Positions 29,681 through 39,685 are shown, numbered from the stretch's first letter. The stretch: 64,000 nucleotides of DNA from Nitrospirota bacterium (GCA_963790025.1 CAWBMP010000005.1:448001-512000); one strand, 5' to 3'. Notes: generated by a model not told the origin, from the sequence alone. Numbers and translations are program-made.

Positions 29681-29733
29681 GTATGCTCTTAAATTGAAGT
29701 AATAAGTTTTTCAGTACAGTTAAGGAGGATAAG

Positions 29734-30087
29734 ATGCCGAGGGCAAAAGGTGGCTTTAAGGCCAAACGATATCATAAGAAGGTTCTTGATAATGCAAAGG
29801 GGTATTATGGCGCGAGAAGCCGTTTATACCGCATTGCGACGCAAGTTGTCGACAAGGCCCTAATTGCTGCATATAAGGACAGGAGACTTAAAAAACGGGA
29901 ATTCAGGGCACTCTGGATAGCGCGAATCAATGCAGCGGTCAGGTCTCTGAACATGCCTTACGGTCAATTTATGAACGGTTTAAAAAAGGCCAATGTCAAT
30001 TTGAACAGAAAGGCCCTTGCCGATCTCGCTTGTAATGACTTCGAGAACTTTAGCAAACTTGTCGAGCAAGTTAAAAGCAGCAAGTAA
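29734..30087 (+). CDS. rplT: 50S ribosomal protein L20
   Basis: [40 protein letters not shown]. Confidence 0.98.
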   Translation: MPRAKGGFKAKRYHKKVLDNAKGYYGARSRLYRIATQVVDKALIAAYKDRRLKKREFRALWIARINAAVRSLNMPYGQFMNGLKKANVNLNRKALADLACNDFENFSKLVEQVKSSK

Positions 30088-30090
30088 TAA

Positions 30091-30191
30091 AAGCAGGCAG
30101 TAAGCAGTACGCAGTAGGCAGCCAAAGGATAAAGTGTTAACTTGTAGTTTTCTCTCTATGCTGCTTACTCCTTACAGCTTACTGCCTGCTT
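30091..30191. repeat. Heptamer tandem-repeat palindrome between rplT and pheS
   Basis: GCAGTAA/GCAGTAC/GCAGTAG versus CTGCTTA/CTCCTTA/CAGCTTA; perfect 15-bp outer stem AAGCAGGCAGTAAGC/GCTTACTGCCTGCTT. Confidence 0.88.
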
Positions 30192-30203
30192 TCATTTAAA
30201 CTA

Positions 30204-31250
30204 ATGATAATTGAAGATCTGAGACAGAAATTCCTGAATGAGCTTGCGTCCATTACCAATGCTGCTGATCTTTTTCAGCTTAGAGTCAATTATCTGGGCA
30301 AAAAGGGGGCAGTCACTACGGCGCTCAAGGCGCTATCTTCGGCATCTCCGGAAGAAAGGCCGCTTCTCGGCAAAAAGATAAACGATGTAAAACAATTCAT
30401 TGAAGACCAGCTTGCATCAAGAGAGACATTACTAAAAAACGAAGCGTTGAAAAAACAATTGCTGGCAGATTCCATTGATATAACGCTGCCCGGCAAATAT
30501 AACGCTTTCGGCAAAGAACATCCTATTAATAAAGTGCTTTTTGAGATAGTGGACATTTTTGTAAGGATGGGATTCAGTGTTGAACAAGGGCCGGAAGTGG
30601 AACACGATTATTATAACTTCGAGGCACTGAATTTCCCCCGGGAACATCCGGCCCGGGACATGCAGGATACCTTTTTTGTCAGTGATGATATTGTACTCAG
30701 GACCCATACATCTCCGGTTCAGGTCAGGGAAATGGAAAAAAGAAAGCCCCCTGTCAGGTTTATTGCTCCCGGCAAGGTGTACCGTTGCGATGCCGATATT
30801 ACGCATACTCCCATGTTCCATCAGGTCGAGGGGCTTATGGTGGACAAGGATATCACCTTCAGCAATTTGAAAGGGATACTTGAAGCATTTCTTCACACGA
30901 TGTTCGGTCCCGGTACTCCGGTGCGGTTCAGGCCGAGTTTTTTCCCTTTCACCGAACCCTCTGCAGAGGTCGATATAGGTTGCATACTGTGTGGAGGTTC
31001 CGGCTCTGCCCCAGAAAGTCTTCGAGTTTCCGGGGACCCCTGCAGGGTTTGCAAAGGATCAGGGTGGCTTGAAATCCTCGGTGCCGGTATGGTTGACCCG
31101 GCAGTTTTTGGATATGTCGGATATGATACGGAAGTATATTCGGGGTTTGCCTTCGGGATGGGGATTGAAAGGATCGCAATGCTGAAATACTCGATTGACG
31201 ACATCCGGTTGTTTTATGAGAACGATGTCAGGTTCCTGGGGCAATTTTAG
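30204..31250 (+). CDS. pheS: Phenylalanine--tRNA ligase alpha subunit
   Basis: [42 protein letters not shown]. Confidence 0.98.
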   Translation: MIIEDLRQKFLNELASITNAADLFQLRVNYLGKKGAVTTALKALSSASPEERPLLGKKINDVKQFIEDQLASRETLLKNEALKKQLLADSIDITLPGKYNAFGKEHPINKVLFEIVDIFVRMGFSVEQGPEVEHDYYNFEALNFPREHPARDMQDTFFVSDDIVLRTHTSPVQVREMEKRKPPVRFIAPGKVYRCDADITHTPMFHQVEGLMVDKDITFSNLKGILEAFLHTMFGPGTPVRFRPSFFPFTEPSAEVDIGCILCGGSGSAPESLRVSGDPCRVCKGSGWLEILGAGMVDPAVFGYVGYDTEVYSGFAFGMGIERIAMLKYSIDDIRLFYENDVRFLGQF

Positions 31251-33353
31251 ATGAGGGCCTCTCTGGAGTGGCTTAAAGAATTTGTACCGGTCAGCGCACC
31301 CGCTTTGGAAATTGCACACCGGCTCACTATGCTCGGCCTTGAAGTCGAGGCAGTGGAGCAGGTTGACAGAGATACTGTATTTGAGATCAATGTGACCCCG
31401 AACAGGCCTGATTGCCTGAGCATTATAGGTGTTGCTCGCGAGCTTTCCGCCGCCTTCGGCGCAGCGCTTACTTTCCCTGAGCATGAGGTCCAGGCGGAGA
31501 CAGGAGGACCGGACTTTAATGTAGATATCCACGATCCCGCCCTTTGCCGCCGGTATGCCGGGAGAATTGTCAAGGGGCTCAAAACGGGACCTTCCCCTGA
31601 GTGGCTTAAGTCCAGACTCGAAAAATGCGGGATCAGATCAAAAAACAATGTTGTTGATATAACTAACTATGTCCTTTTGGAACTTGGGCATCCGCTCCAC
31701 GCCTTCGACCTGGGTACCATCAAAGGACGTCGCATACAGGCCGGCACGACGAAGGATGTGAAGGGCCGTCCTGAAAAGTTGCTATTCCGTGCCCTTGACG
31801 GGAATGAACGGGAACTGCCTGAAGATGCTTTGCTTATATGGGACGCTGAAGACCCCATAGCTATTGCAGGGATCATGGGCGGACTGGAAACCGAAGTCAG
31901 TGGCACAACCGTGGATATTTTTATTGAAAGTGCTTATTTCGACCCTCTAACTGTAAGAAGGACCTCAAGGGCCACCGGCCTGAAGACCGAAGCATCGTTC
32001 AGGTTCGAGCGTGGGGCCGATATAAAAATGCTTCAAAATGCCCTCGACAGAGCGGCCTTCCTTATGCAGAAGATTGCGGGCGGAACGGTTTACGGGAAAA
32101 TCGATATTTATCCAGGTAAATACACGCCTGAAAGAATCAGTATCAGCTATGAAAAGATAAATAGGGTGCTGGGCCTGGACCTGACGGAAGCGGAAATCAG
32201 TCGTTATCTCGATGGATTGGGTTTTCTTGTCGAAAAGGGAAAAGGATATTATAGTATTACCGCTCCGGCATATCGGGTGGATATACAGCGTGACGCTGAT
32301 ATTATAGAAGAAGTTGCTCGGGTATACGGGTATGAGAGAATTCCTGCGGTTCTCCCGGCTGCGGTTGCCGGCATTGAGGGTCAGGACAACGCCCGGAAAT
32401 TATTTTCTGAGGCACTTCTGAAAGAGCTGAAAGTCTCTTTTTTAAAGTCAGGCTTTACGGAAGTAATCAATTACAGTTTTATGGGGGAACGTGACCTCGA
32501 GCTCCTTGGTATCGATAAAGACGATGCACGCTGGAGAAAAGTGCAGATAAAGAACCCTCTGCGAGCCGAGGATGCCTTCATGCGCACAACACTTATTCCA
32601 GCTTTGATTGGAAATATAGTGTATAACGTATCACACGATAACAGGGCATTCAGACTTTTTGAAACGTCCCGGGTTTTTCTCAACGGCAGTAACCTTCCTG
32701 GCCCGCTGCCTGAAGAGAGAAATCACCTCGCTGCTATTTTATACAAAGAAAAAATGCGGTCGCTCTATAAGGATGATACGCCGGATTTCTTTGTGGTTAA
32801 AGGGGTAATTGAGGCGCTGTTTGATTCGCTCAGAATAACCGCTTATTCCTTTGCCAGGTCAACGGAACCCTTTCTTCACCCGGGGCAATCTGCTGATATA
32901 TCGGTAGGCGGGCTGAAGATCGGTTACGTCGGAGCTTTATCACCGGTCATTGTTGATCGTCTGGATATAAAGGCGCAGAGGCCGTCAATAATTCTCATGG
33001 AACTTGATATTGACCTTCTCAGCCCTCCTGCTCAATCAATGAAGATGCTCAGGTACTGTCCGTTGCCCAGGTATCCCTATAGTGAAAGGGATACTGCGCT
33101 TGTGATAGATGAATCCCTCGAATCATCGGAGATTGTTGCACTCCTTAAGTCATATAGTTCAGAAATGATAGAGGGTATTACGCTATTCGATGTCTATCAG
33201 GGAAAGAACATCCCTGAAGAGAAAAAGAGCCTCGCCTTTTCAATCCGTTACAGGGCGCCGGACAGAACACTTAAGGACGAAGAGGTCGATGCCCTGCACA
33301 ATCAGATAGTTCGATTTATCATCGAAAAAACCGGTGGATACATAAGAACGTAG
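31251..33353 (+). CDS. pheT: Phenylalanine--tRNA ligase beta subunit (no B2 OB-fold)
   Basis: TPNRPDCLS, VDITNY, HPLHAFD, RFERG, DIIEEVAR, FDVYQG..KSLAF. Confidence 0.97.
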   Translation: MRASLEWLKEFVPVSAPALEIAHRLTMLGLEVEAVEQVDRDTVFEINVTPNRPDCLSIIGVARELSAAFGAALTFPEHEVQAETGGPDFNVDIHDPALCRRYAGRIVKGLKTGPSPEWLKSRLEKCGIRSKNNVVDITNYVLLELGHPLHAFDLGTIKGRRIQAGTTKDVKGRPEKLLFRALDGNERELPEDALLIWDAEDPIAIAGIMGGLETEVSGTTVDIFIESAYFDPLTVRRTSRATGLKTEASFRFERGADIKMLQNALDRAAFLMQKIAGGTVYGKIDIYPGKYTPERISISYEKINRVLGLDLTEAEISRYLDGLGFLVEKGKGYYSITAPAYRVDIQRDADIIEEVARVYGYERIPAVLPAAVAGIEGQDNARKLFSEALLKELKVSFLKSGFTEVINYSFMGERDLELLGIDKDDARWRKVQIKNPLRAEDAFMRTTLIPALIGNIVYNVSHDNRAFRLFETSRVFLNGSNLPGPLPEERNHLAAILYKEKMRSLYKDDTPDFFVVKGVIEALFDSLRITAYSFARSTEPFLHPGQSADISVGGLKIGYVGALSPVIVDRLDIKAQRPSIILMELDIDLLSPPAQSMKMLRYCPLPRYPYSERDTALVIDESLESSEIVALLKSYSSEMIEGITLFDVYQGKNIPEEKKSLAFSIRYRAPDRTLKDEEVDALHNQIVRFIIEKTGGYIRT

Positions 33354-33368
33354 AGCATTCGGCCTGCC

Positions 33369-33437
33369 GCGTTCAGAGTACTGCCTTCTGCGTCCAAAAA
33401 ATAAGAAAGTAGCGCTTCTTCCCTGAACGCAGTACGT
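33369..33437. repeat. Degenerate heptamer palindrome between convergent pheT and the CopZ-like gene
   Basis: GCGTTCA/GAGTACT/GCCTTCT/GCGTCCA versus TGAACGC/AGTACGT; unit resembles the rpmI-rplT element. Confidence 0.5.
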
Positions 33438-33640
33438 TATATCGCTATTTTATACCCTGCCTTTTCGATAGCTGAATCAATATCTTTCCTCTCAACTTTA
33501 GATTCGTCATACTTGATGCTTGCGCTGCCTATCATGATATTTGCTTCAATAATACCTTTGATGGCATCCAGTGCTTTTTTTACCCTCATCACGCAATGCT
33601 GACAGCTCATTCCCTCGATCTTGATCACCGCTTCTGTCAT
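33437..33640 (-). CDS. copZ: Heavy-metal-associated (CopZ-like) chaperone
   Basis: IEGMSCQHC motif, AIEKAGY; GGAGG SD. Confidence 0.9.
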   Translation of the reverse strand: MTEAVIKIEGMSCQHCVMRVKKALDAIKGIIEANIMIGSASIKYDESKVERKDIDSAIEKAGYKIAI

Positions 33641-33761
33641 ATGAAAACCTCCAACTAATAATTATGTTCTACTGCCTGAATTGCAGTAAGATGTATATTA
33701 TAACCCATCAGTACGACTATTCCTTCAGTGCATTCTAAATGTTTTTATAAATAAAATTAAT

Positions 33762-33799
33762 TTGACATCATCATGTCATTATAATATCATGATATTACG
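33762..33799 (+). promoter_or_regulatory. Promoter with two palindromic operators, near-leaderless start of GntR gene
   Basis: TTGACA-17-TATCAT; palindromes TGACAT-N4-ATGTCA (33763..33778) and perfect TAATATCATGATATTA (33782..33797). Confidence 0.7.
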
Positions 33800-34558
33800 A
33801 TGCAAAATGAAATACCTCAGTTGCATTTAAAAACGGTTGATAGGTTCAACCGGGAAAAGCTCTATATTCAGCTCACCGGGATTATTTTGGATGAGATCCG
33901 TTCAGGGAATTGGGAGCGGGGCCGGCAAATCTTTACTGAAGAGGAACTTTGCAAACAATATAATGTCAGTAAAATAACCGTCAGACAGGCGATCAATAAT
34001 CTTGTATCCGAGGGTTATCTGATTAAGGTTCAGGGAAAGGGGACTTTTGTCAATTCCGTACTGCCTGTCGTGGGTCTTGTAATGAAAACGCGGCTCACTG
34101 AAAATATGATTGCAAAGGAGGTGCAGACAGAAAAAGAGGTTTTATTTAAAGGACAAAGCGAACAATTACCGGATACTATGGGGTATTTACAGACCCAAGG
34201 GGATGTTTTTTATGTTCTTTGCAGAATAATGGTTGGAGGCGAACCGGCGTATCTTGAAGAATGCTATATCCCATGTGAAATGCTCCCTGATTTGGAGGAA
34301 CTGGACTTTGAAAACTGTTCAATCTATGAAGTTCTAGGGGAAAGAGGAGCAAAGAGGATATTTAAAGTCGAGCAGACTACTGAGATCTCGCATGTCTCCG
34401 GTGAATCGGCAAGGAATCTCAATATGCGTGAAGGAGAGCCGGTGCTTGTTGTTCACAGGTTGTTCCTAAGTTCAGATACATCGGAGATTGCATATACACG
34501 GTTTATGGGCAGAAGCGACACATATAAATTTCAAATGGAACTGGAACGAATACGATAA
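33800..34558 (+). CDS. GntR family regulator with UTRA domain (HutC subfamily)
   Basis: LYIQL, TEEELCKQYNVSKITVRQAI, QGKGTFV. Confidence 0.93.
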   Translation: MQNEIPQLHLKTVDRFNREKLYIQLTGIILDEIRSGNWERGRQIFTEEELCKQYNVSKITVRQAINNLVSEGYLIKVQGKGTFVNSVLPVVGLVMKTRLTENMIAKEVQTEKEVLFKGQSEQLPDTMGYLQTQGDVFYVLCRIMVGGEPAYLEECYIPCEMLPDLEELDFENCSIYEVLGERGAKRIFKVEQTTEISHVSGESARNLNMREGEPVLVVHRLFLSSDTSEIAYTRFMGRSDTYKFQMELERIR

Positions 34559-34582
34559 TAGGAAGGAGGCTGGGTTAGAACT

Positions 34583-35557
34583 ATGAGAAGAAGCTCCGTA
34601 GCACTACTAATATTACTTGTGACTGTTTTTTTAGTTGCTTTCGCAATGACCGGCTTTGCTGCAGCATCAACAGATGCACCTGCGGCACCAACGCCGGTTG
34701 CATCATCGAGTGTCCCGTGGTGGGTGTGGCCTTCGGCGCTTTTTGTTGTTACATTCATAATGGGTATCTTAGCCGTATTGGGCGGCGTTGGGGGCGGGGT
34801 GCTTTTTGTACCCATAATCGGGGGCTTTTTCCCGTTCCATATTGATTTTGTCAGGGGTGCGGGTCTTCTTGTGGCGCTGGCAGGGGCACTGGCTGCCGGC
34901 CCGGGACTGCTCAAAAAGGGCATGGCTGATTTGCGACTTTCTATACCTGTGGCGTTAATTGCGTCCTCTTGCGCCATTGTTGGGGCGATGATCGGACTTG
35001 CGCTACCGAGCAATGTGGTAAATATCGCCCTCGGAGCAACAATTTTAGGGATTGTCGCCATCATGATGATGGCAAAAAAATCGGAATATCCCGAGGTCCG
35101 TGAGCCTGATGCCCTTTCGACCGCGCTGAGGATAAACGGTATTTACTACGAAGCATCCTCAGGCCAGGAAGTGAACTGGCAGATACACAGGACGCCCCAG
35201 GGACTTGCCACTTTTATTATTATCGGTATTATGGCGGGTATGTTCGGCCTCGGCGCAGGATGGGCGAATGTTCCAGTCCTGAACCTGATGATGGGGGCAC
35301 CCCTGAAAGTATCTGTGGCAACGAGCAAGTTTCTTCTGTCCATTACGGATACTTCAGCGGCATGGATATATGTTAATAACGGCGCCGTGCTGCCGATGAT
35401 GGTCGTCCCGTCGATTATCGGCATTATGCTTGGCTCATTAGTGGGTGTAAAGATACTGACCAGAACAAAACCGGCTGCAGTGCGCTATATAGTCATAGTT
35501 ATGCTGCTTTTTGCCGGTTCGAGGGCGCTGCTCAAAGGCCTCGCCATCTGGAAGTAA
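34583..35557 (+). CDS. TauE/SafE (TSUP) family membrane protein
   Basis: LGGVGGGVLFVP, GMFGLGAGWANVP, VSVATS; multiple TM helices. Confidence 0.88.
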   Translation: MRRSSVALLILLVTVFLVAFAMTGFAAASTDAPAAPTPVASSSVPWWVWPSALFVVTFIMGILAVLGGVGGGVLFVPIIGGFFPFHIDFVRGAGLLVALAGALAAGPGLLKKGMADLRLSIPVALIASSCAIVGAMIGLALPSNVVNIALGATILGIVAIMMMAKKSEYPEVREPDALSTALRINGIYYEASSGQEVNWQIHRTPQGLATFIIIGIMAGMFGLGAGWANVPVLNLMMGAPLKVSVATSKFLLSITDTSAAWIYVNNGAVLPMMVVPSIIGIMLGSLVGVKILTRTKPAAVRYIVIVMLLFAGSRALLKGLAIWK

Positions 35558-35573
35558 ATAAAGGAGGAATAAT

Positions 35574-35990
35574 ATGGATAAAAAAATTAGGGCGACGGAA
35601 GAGCAGCTTGCGTACGCAAAAATCCTGGACTTCGGTATGAAAGCAGGGCTCCTCATGCTCCTTGTGTCATTTGTCGTTTATCTGAGCGGTATCCTGTCTC
35701 CTCACGTACCGGTTAACGACCTCCCGAAGTATTGGGGCATGCCGGTCAAGAAGTATCTTGCCGCAACGCACATTCATACGGGCTGGTCGTGGCTACTCAT
35801 GGTCGGAAAAGGTGATTTTCTCAATTTTATCGGGATAGCCTTTCTTGCCGGAGTTACTGTACTTTGTAATTTTAGAATCATACCAATATTTTTCAGAAAG
35901 AAGGATTTCGTATACGGCATTTTTGCTATTACGGAGGTCTTTATACTAGCACTTGCGGCATCAGGGATACTGAAGTCAGGAGGACATTGA
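35574..35990 (+). CDS. DUF1634-like membrane protein, TauE-associated
   Basis: Three to four TM segments; typical position after TauE. Confidence 0.7.
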   Translation: MDKKIRATEEQLAYAKILDFGMKAGLLMLLVSFVVYLSGILSPHVPVNDLPKYWGMPVKKYLAATHIHTGWSWLLMVGKGDFLNFIGIAFLAGVTVLCNFRIIPIFFRKKDFVYGIFAITEVFILALAASGILKSGGH

Positions 35991-35991
35991 T

Positions 35992-36894
35992 ATGACAATG
36001 AGCTCCCGGGAAATGTGTCCTATCGGGGCAGCAGTCAAACTGCTCCTTGCCACTCAAAATGCCGGTCTCGATGAAGGAGCTATAAGAGAAGCGATAGCCC
36101 TGGCAAAGATATGTTCCGGCAAGCTTTCCGCGGTATCTGTCGTAGAAATCAACCCCGAATTTGAGGCGTTTGCGCCGGAGCTTGCCGAAAAAGCGGCGAT
36201 CAAAACAAGAGAGCACCTTGAAGCTGTGCGGGCCATGGCAGCGAAGGAGGGCGTAGAATGTGAAATCATAGCGCACCGGGGCCAGGAGCCGTATCAGTTT
36301 ATCGTCGATGAGGCGGCAAAAAAACAGTCCGATATAATTGTCATGGGAAGAAAAAGCAAAACCGTTCTGCAACGGCTCATGATGGGTAGTGTTACTGCTA
36401 AAGTGATAGGATATGCTCCCTGTAATATTCTGGTCGTGCCCGATAAGGCGGCTGTCGAGTACAAGAAAATTCTTGTTGCTACGGATGGGTCAAAATACAG
36501 TGAAACTGCGTCACGACAGGCGGTCATGATAGCAAGGCGGTGCGGGGCCAGTATCATTGCAATTTCCGTAATCCCTTCGGAGACAGGGTCACCGCTGGAT
36601 ATTGTCCATTCGGAGATGCAGCGGGACATTATTGCCGACAAAGAACTCAAAGCCGCTGAAAGCTCAATCATAAAGGTCCGGGAAATTGCGGAAAAAGAGG
36701 GTTTAAGTGTAGAGGGTCTCATTATGTCAGGAGGTCCGTATGAGGCGATCACAGCCTCTGCAAAAGAAAATAATATCGATCTTATTGTGGTGGGCAGCCA
36801 TGGCAAGACAGGATTGGAGAGACTGATTATGGGAAGCGTGGCTGAAAGGGTAATTATGCTCTCTCCATGTGCGGTGCTGGTGGTAAAGAGATAG
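35992..36894 (+). CDS. Tandem-domain universal stress protein
   Basis: IVMGRK..LMMGSVT and ILVATDGS..IVVGSHGKTGLERLIMGSVAE. Confidence 0.93.
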   Translation: MTMSSREMCPIGAAVKLLLATQNAGLDEGAIREAIALAKICSGKLSAVSVVEINPEFEAFAPELAEKAAIKTREHLEAVRAMAAKEGVECEIIAHRGQEPYQFIVDEAAKKQSDIIVMGRKSKTVLQRLMMGSVTAKVIGYAPCNILVVPDKAAVEYKKILVATDGSKYSETASRQAVMIARRCGASIIAISVIPSETGSPLDIVHSEMQRDIIADKELKAAESSIIKVREIAEKEGLSVEGLIMSGGPYEAITASAKENNIDLIVVGSHGKTGLERLIMGSVAERVIMLSPCAVLVVKR

Positions 36895-36904
36895 GGATAA
36901 ACAA

Positions 36905-37645
36905 ATGAGAATCGAAAAAACTGTTGACAGGGAAAGCCAGCAGAAACTTTACGTCCAAATTTATTCTATTTTTAAAGAAAAAATGAAAATAGGAGAATGG
37001 CCTCCGGGAGTGCAGATACCTACTGAGGACGAGCTTTGCAGGATCTATGATATCAGTAAGGCGACAATAAGGATTGCTATTGCGGAGCTTGTGAGAGAGG
37101 GCTCACTAAAAAAGATTCAGGGTAAGGGCACCTTTGTCGTATCCTCAACTCTTTCCATCGGGTTAGTCATGAGAACACGATTGACCGAAGACATGTTAGG
37201 TCAGGGGGTGAAATCGACGAAAGAGCTGCTCCAAAAAGGCGTCAGGCTGCCATCTGATGAGATTAGGACCTATTTCGATGAAAAAGGTATTCTCTACTAT
37301 TATCGCTGCAAAGGCGTTGTAGAAGATGAGCCTGCATACATCGAAGAATCATATGTGCCGTTGGCATTGGTCCCGGGTATTGAAGCGGAGAATGTTGGTC
37401 GAGTCTCGCTTTACGAACTTATTCAGGAAAAGGCAATTGTGAAAATCTCAAGGGTGTTGCAGACTATCGAGGCTACCGAGATAAAGGATGAGGCTGCAGA
37501 AATTTTGTCGATCAGGGCGGGGTCTCCCGGACTGCTTTTGCACAGACTGCTCATGGGCCCTGACGAAGACCCGATAGCTTATACGCGACTTGTCGGGACC
37601 GGCGGAAAATACAGGATCCAGACTGAGTTTGAAAAAATCAAATAG
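36905..37645 (+). CDS. Second GntR/UTRA regulator, paralog of 33800..34558
   Basis: KLYVQI, PTEDELC, QGKGTFV, GLVMRTRLTE, IAYTR shared with the first copy. Confidence 0.93.
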   Translation: MRIEKTVDRESQQKLYVQIYSIFKEKMKIGEWPPGVQIPTEDELCRIYDISKATIRIAIAELVREGSLKKIQGKGTFVVSSTLSIGLVMRTRLTEDMLGQGVKSTKELLQKGVRLPSDEIRTYFDEKGILYYYRCKGVVEDEPAYIEESYVPLALVPGIEAENVGRVSLYELIQEKAIVKISRVLQTIEATEIKDEAAEILSIRAGSPGLLLHRLLMGPDEDPIAYTRLVGTGGKYRIQTEFEKIK

Positions 37646-37672
37646 GCAATAAAACAAAGGGAGGAGTATATA

Positions 37673-38956
37673 ATGAGTATTCCGAGACAGGTTTTCGAAT
37701 TTCTAAAGATGGGTGCCCAGGCCCATGCCCGGTGGGAGATCGAAACTTCCTTGAGCATAATAAGAAACAGGAAAAAGCTTCTTGTCTTATTAGCTATGCT
37801 GGTGCCGATCCTGGTAGTGGGTTTTGCTGCGGCATCAGACATGATCGGCGGCAAGGAAGCCTATGCGCCCTCATTCTATTCCACATACATCTTTGTTGTT
37901 TCTATTGCCATTGGGCTGTGTGCAGGCCTGATCACGGGCTGTATAGGAGCGGGAGGCGGATTTGTTATAACCCCTGCGCTGATGGCTGCCGGAGTCAAGG
38001 GGATTCTGGCCGTAGGAACAGACCTTTTCCATATATTTGCAAAAGCGATCATGGGGACTGCAGTTCACAAGAAGCTGGGCAACGTTTCGGGGAAACTGGC
38101 AATCGCATTTCTGGTTGGTTCCGTTGGGGGCACCTTCATAGGCGGCTATATAAACAAGGCGATCTACACCTATGATCCTAATCTAAGCGATTTTTTTATC
38201 AGCATTGTCTATGCAATAGTTCTGGGATTTCTGGGGTTCTATGCGCTTTCGGACTTCTGGAAATCGACCAGGTCGAAGCAAGTTGTCGATGCCCATGGCA
38301 GGACGTCAGGGCTTACCGGCCTTGCAATAAATGTGCAGAGGTTAAAAATCCCGCCCTCGATTACTTTTGATGAAGACTTTGTGCCTGGAGGCAGACAAAT
38401 CTCCGCCGTAGTCGTGGCCCTTGGCGGTGTTATAGTGGGCTTGCTGGCTTCGGTAATGGGCATGGGAGGCGGCTTTGTCACATTCCCGATGTTTGTGTAC
38501 GTTTTCGGTGTTTCCTCGATGACGACAGTAGGGACCGATATCCTTCAGATCATCTTCACAGCAGGTGTCGGATCAATAGTGCAATACGCCATTTACGGGT
38601 ACGTATTCTATACGCTGGCAATGGGTATGCTTCTGGGCTCACTGATAGGCATCCAGATCGGGGCCCTGACAACGAAGGTTGTCAAAGGTATCCACATCAG
38701 GGGTTTCTATGCGGTAACGATCCTTGCGGGCTTTGTCAACAGGGCCGCAACACTGCCGAAGAAACTGGTAGAGTTCGAAATGATCAGTGTCTCAAAAACT
38801 ACGGTCAAGATGATCGAGTCAGCGGGGAACGTTTTGTTCTGGATAGTGGTAGGTGTGTTTACCGTGTGGGTGATCGGGAAGTTTTTAATGAATATAAGTA
38901 AACTGAGGGGCGAAGATGAATACGTAAAAGTCCCCTTGATTAAAAAGGAGGTGTAA
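37673..38956 (+). CDS. TauE/SafE family protein (long form)
   Basis: GLITGCIGAGGGFVITP, AVGTDL, MGMGGGFVTFP, TVGTD. Confidence 0.9.
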   Translation: MSIPRQVFEFLKMGAQAHARWEIETSLSIIRNRKKLLVLLAMLVPILVVGFAAASDMIGGKEAYAPSFYSTYIFVVSIAIGLCAGLITGCIGAGGGFVITPALMAAGVKGILAVGTDLFHIFAKAIMGTAVHKKLGNVSGKLAIAFLVGSVGGTFIGGYINKAIYTYDPNLSDFFISIVYAIVLGFLGFYALSDFWKSTRSKQVVDAHGRTSGLTGLAINVQRLKIPPSITFDEDFVPGGRQISAVVVALGGVIVGLLASVMGMGGGFVTFPMFVYVFGVSSMTTVGTDILQIIFTAGVGSIVQYAIYGYVFYTLAMGMLLGSLIGIQIGALTTKVVKGIHIRGFYAVTILAGFVNRAATLPKKLVEFEMISVSKTTVKMIESAGNVLFWIVVGVFTVWVIGKFLMNISKLRGEDEYVKVPLIKKEV

Positions 38957-38957
38957 C

Positions 38958-39668
38958 ATGCTGATTCGCAGCAAGAAACGGTTTTGGACCGGGCTTCTTT
39001 TAATGATGTCTTTTTTAGCTGTCCTGCTGCTGATTTTCTCCCCTTTATTTGACGGGAAAAACGGGCTGCAATTCGCGGACGACACCTTTAACAGACTTGC
39101 GAAAGGATCTTCTTATTTCATACCCAAGATGGCAAAGAATGCTGCCGAATTCAACGGTAAGCAGTTTGCAACGACTATAAAGCTTGAAAAAACCGATGAT
39201 GCAGCCAGGATAGCGAAGCTCCTGACGGGGGCCGGCGCCGCGGTCGAGGTAAAACAGGGGACACTTAAAATGAGCGGAGATCTTGGCGTCGTGCTGCAAA
39301 GCGTGCTGAAGGATTCGGACGCGATGTACAAAAATGACGGCAAGGCTGTTTCCGATCGCTATGGGTACAGTGAAACAAAAGTCATGAAGGATTGGTGGCA
39401 GGGGCTGGCGTCAATCGAAAAGGCGCTGAAGAAAGACAAACATATAGAGGAGTCAAAGGCAGTCGGTGAAGTCAACAAGAAGGCAGTTGAGCCGGCCTAT
39501 AACTTTTATAAAATCGACGGTCAAAAAGTCAGCGAACATGCCGTGCTTCTAACGGGACTGCTTCTGTTTTATGTGCTTTACACAGTATGGTGGGGCTTCG
39601 GGATATTTTACGTATTCGAGGGTATAGGCCTCAATATGAAAAAATCAAAGATCAAGAAAGAAGTTTAA
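38958..39668 (+). CDS. Conserved-looking membrane protein associated with long TauE
   Basis: N- and C-terminal TM helices around a soluble domain; AAGGAGGTG SD. Confidence 0.8.
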   Translation: MLIRSKKRFWTGLLLMMSFLAVLLLIFSPLFDGKNGLQFADDTFNRLAKGSSYFIPKMAKNAAEFNGKQFATTIKLEKTDDAARIAKLLTGAGAAVEVKQGTLKMSGDLGVVLQSVLKDSDAMYKNDGKAVSDRYGYSETKVMKDWWQGLASIEKALKKDKHIEESKAVGEVNKKAVEPAYNFYKIDGQKVSEHAVLLTGLLLFYVLYTVWWGFGIFYVFEGIGLNMKKSKIKKEV

Positions 39669-39685
39669 AGGCGTCAAAGGTCGGA

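Noticed and set aside
5446..30191. CRISPR interpretation of the tandem repeats
   Set aside because: Units are 6-9 nt with no unique spacers and no cas genes
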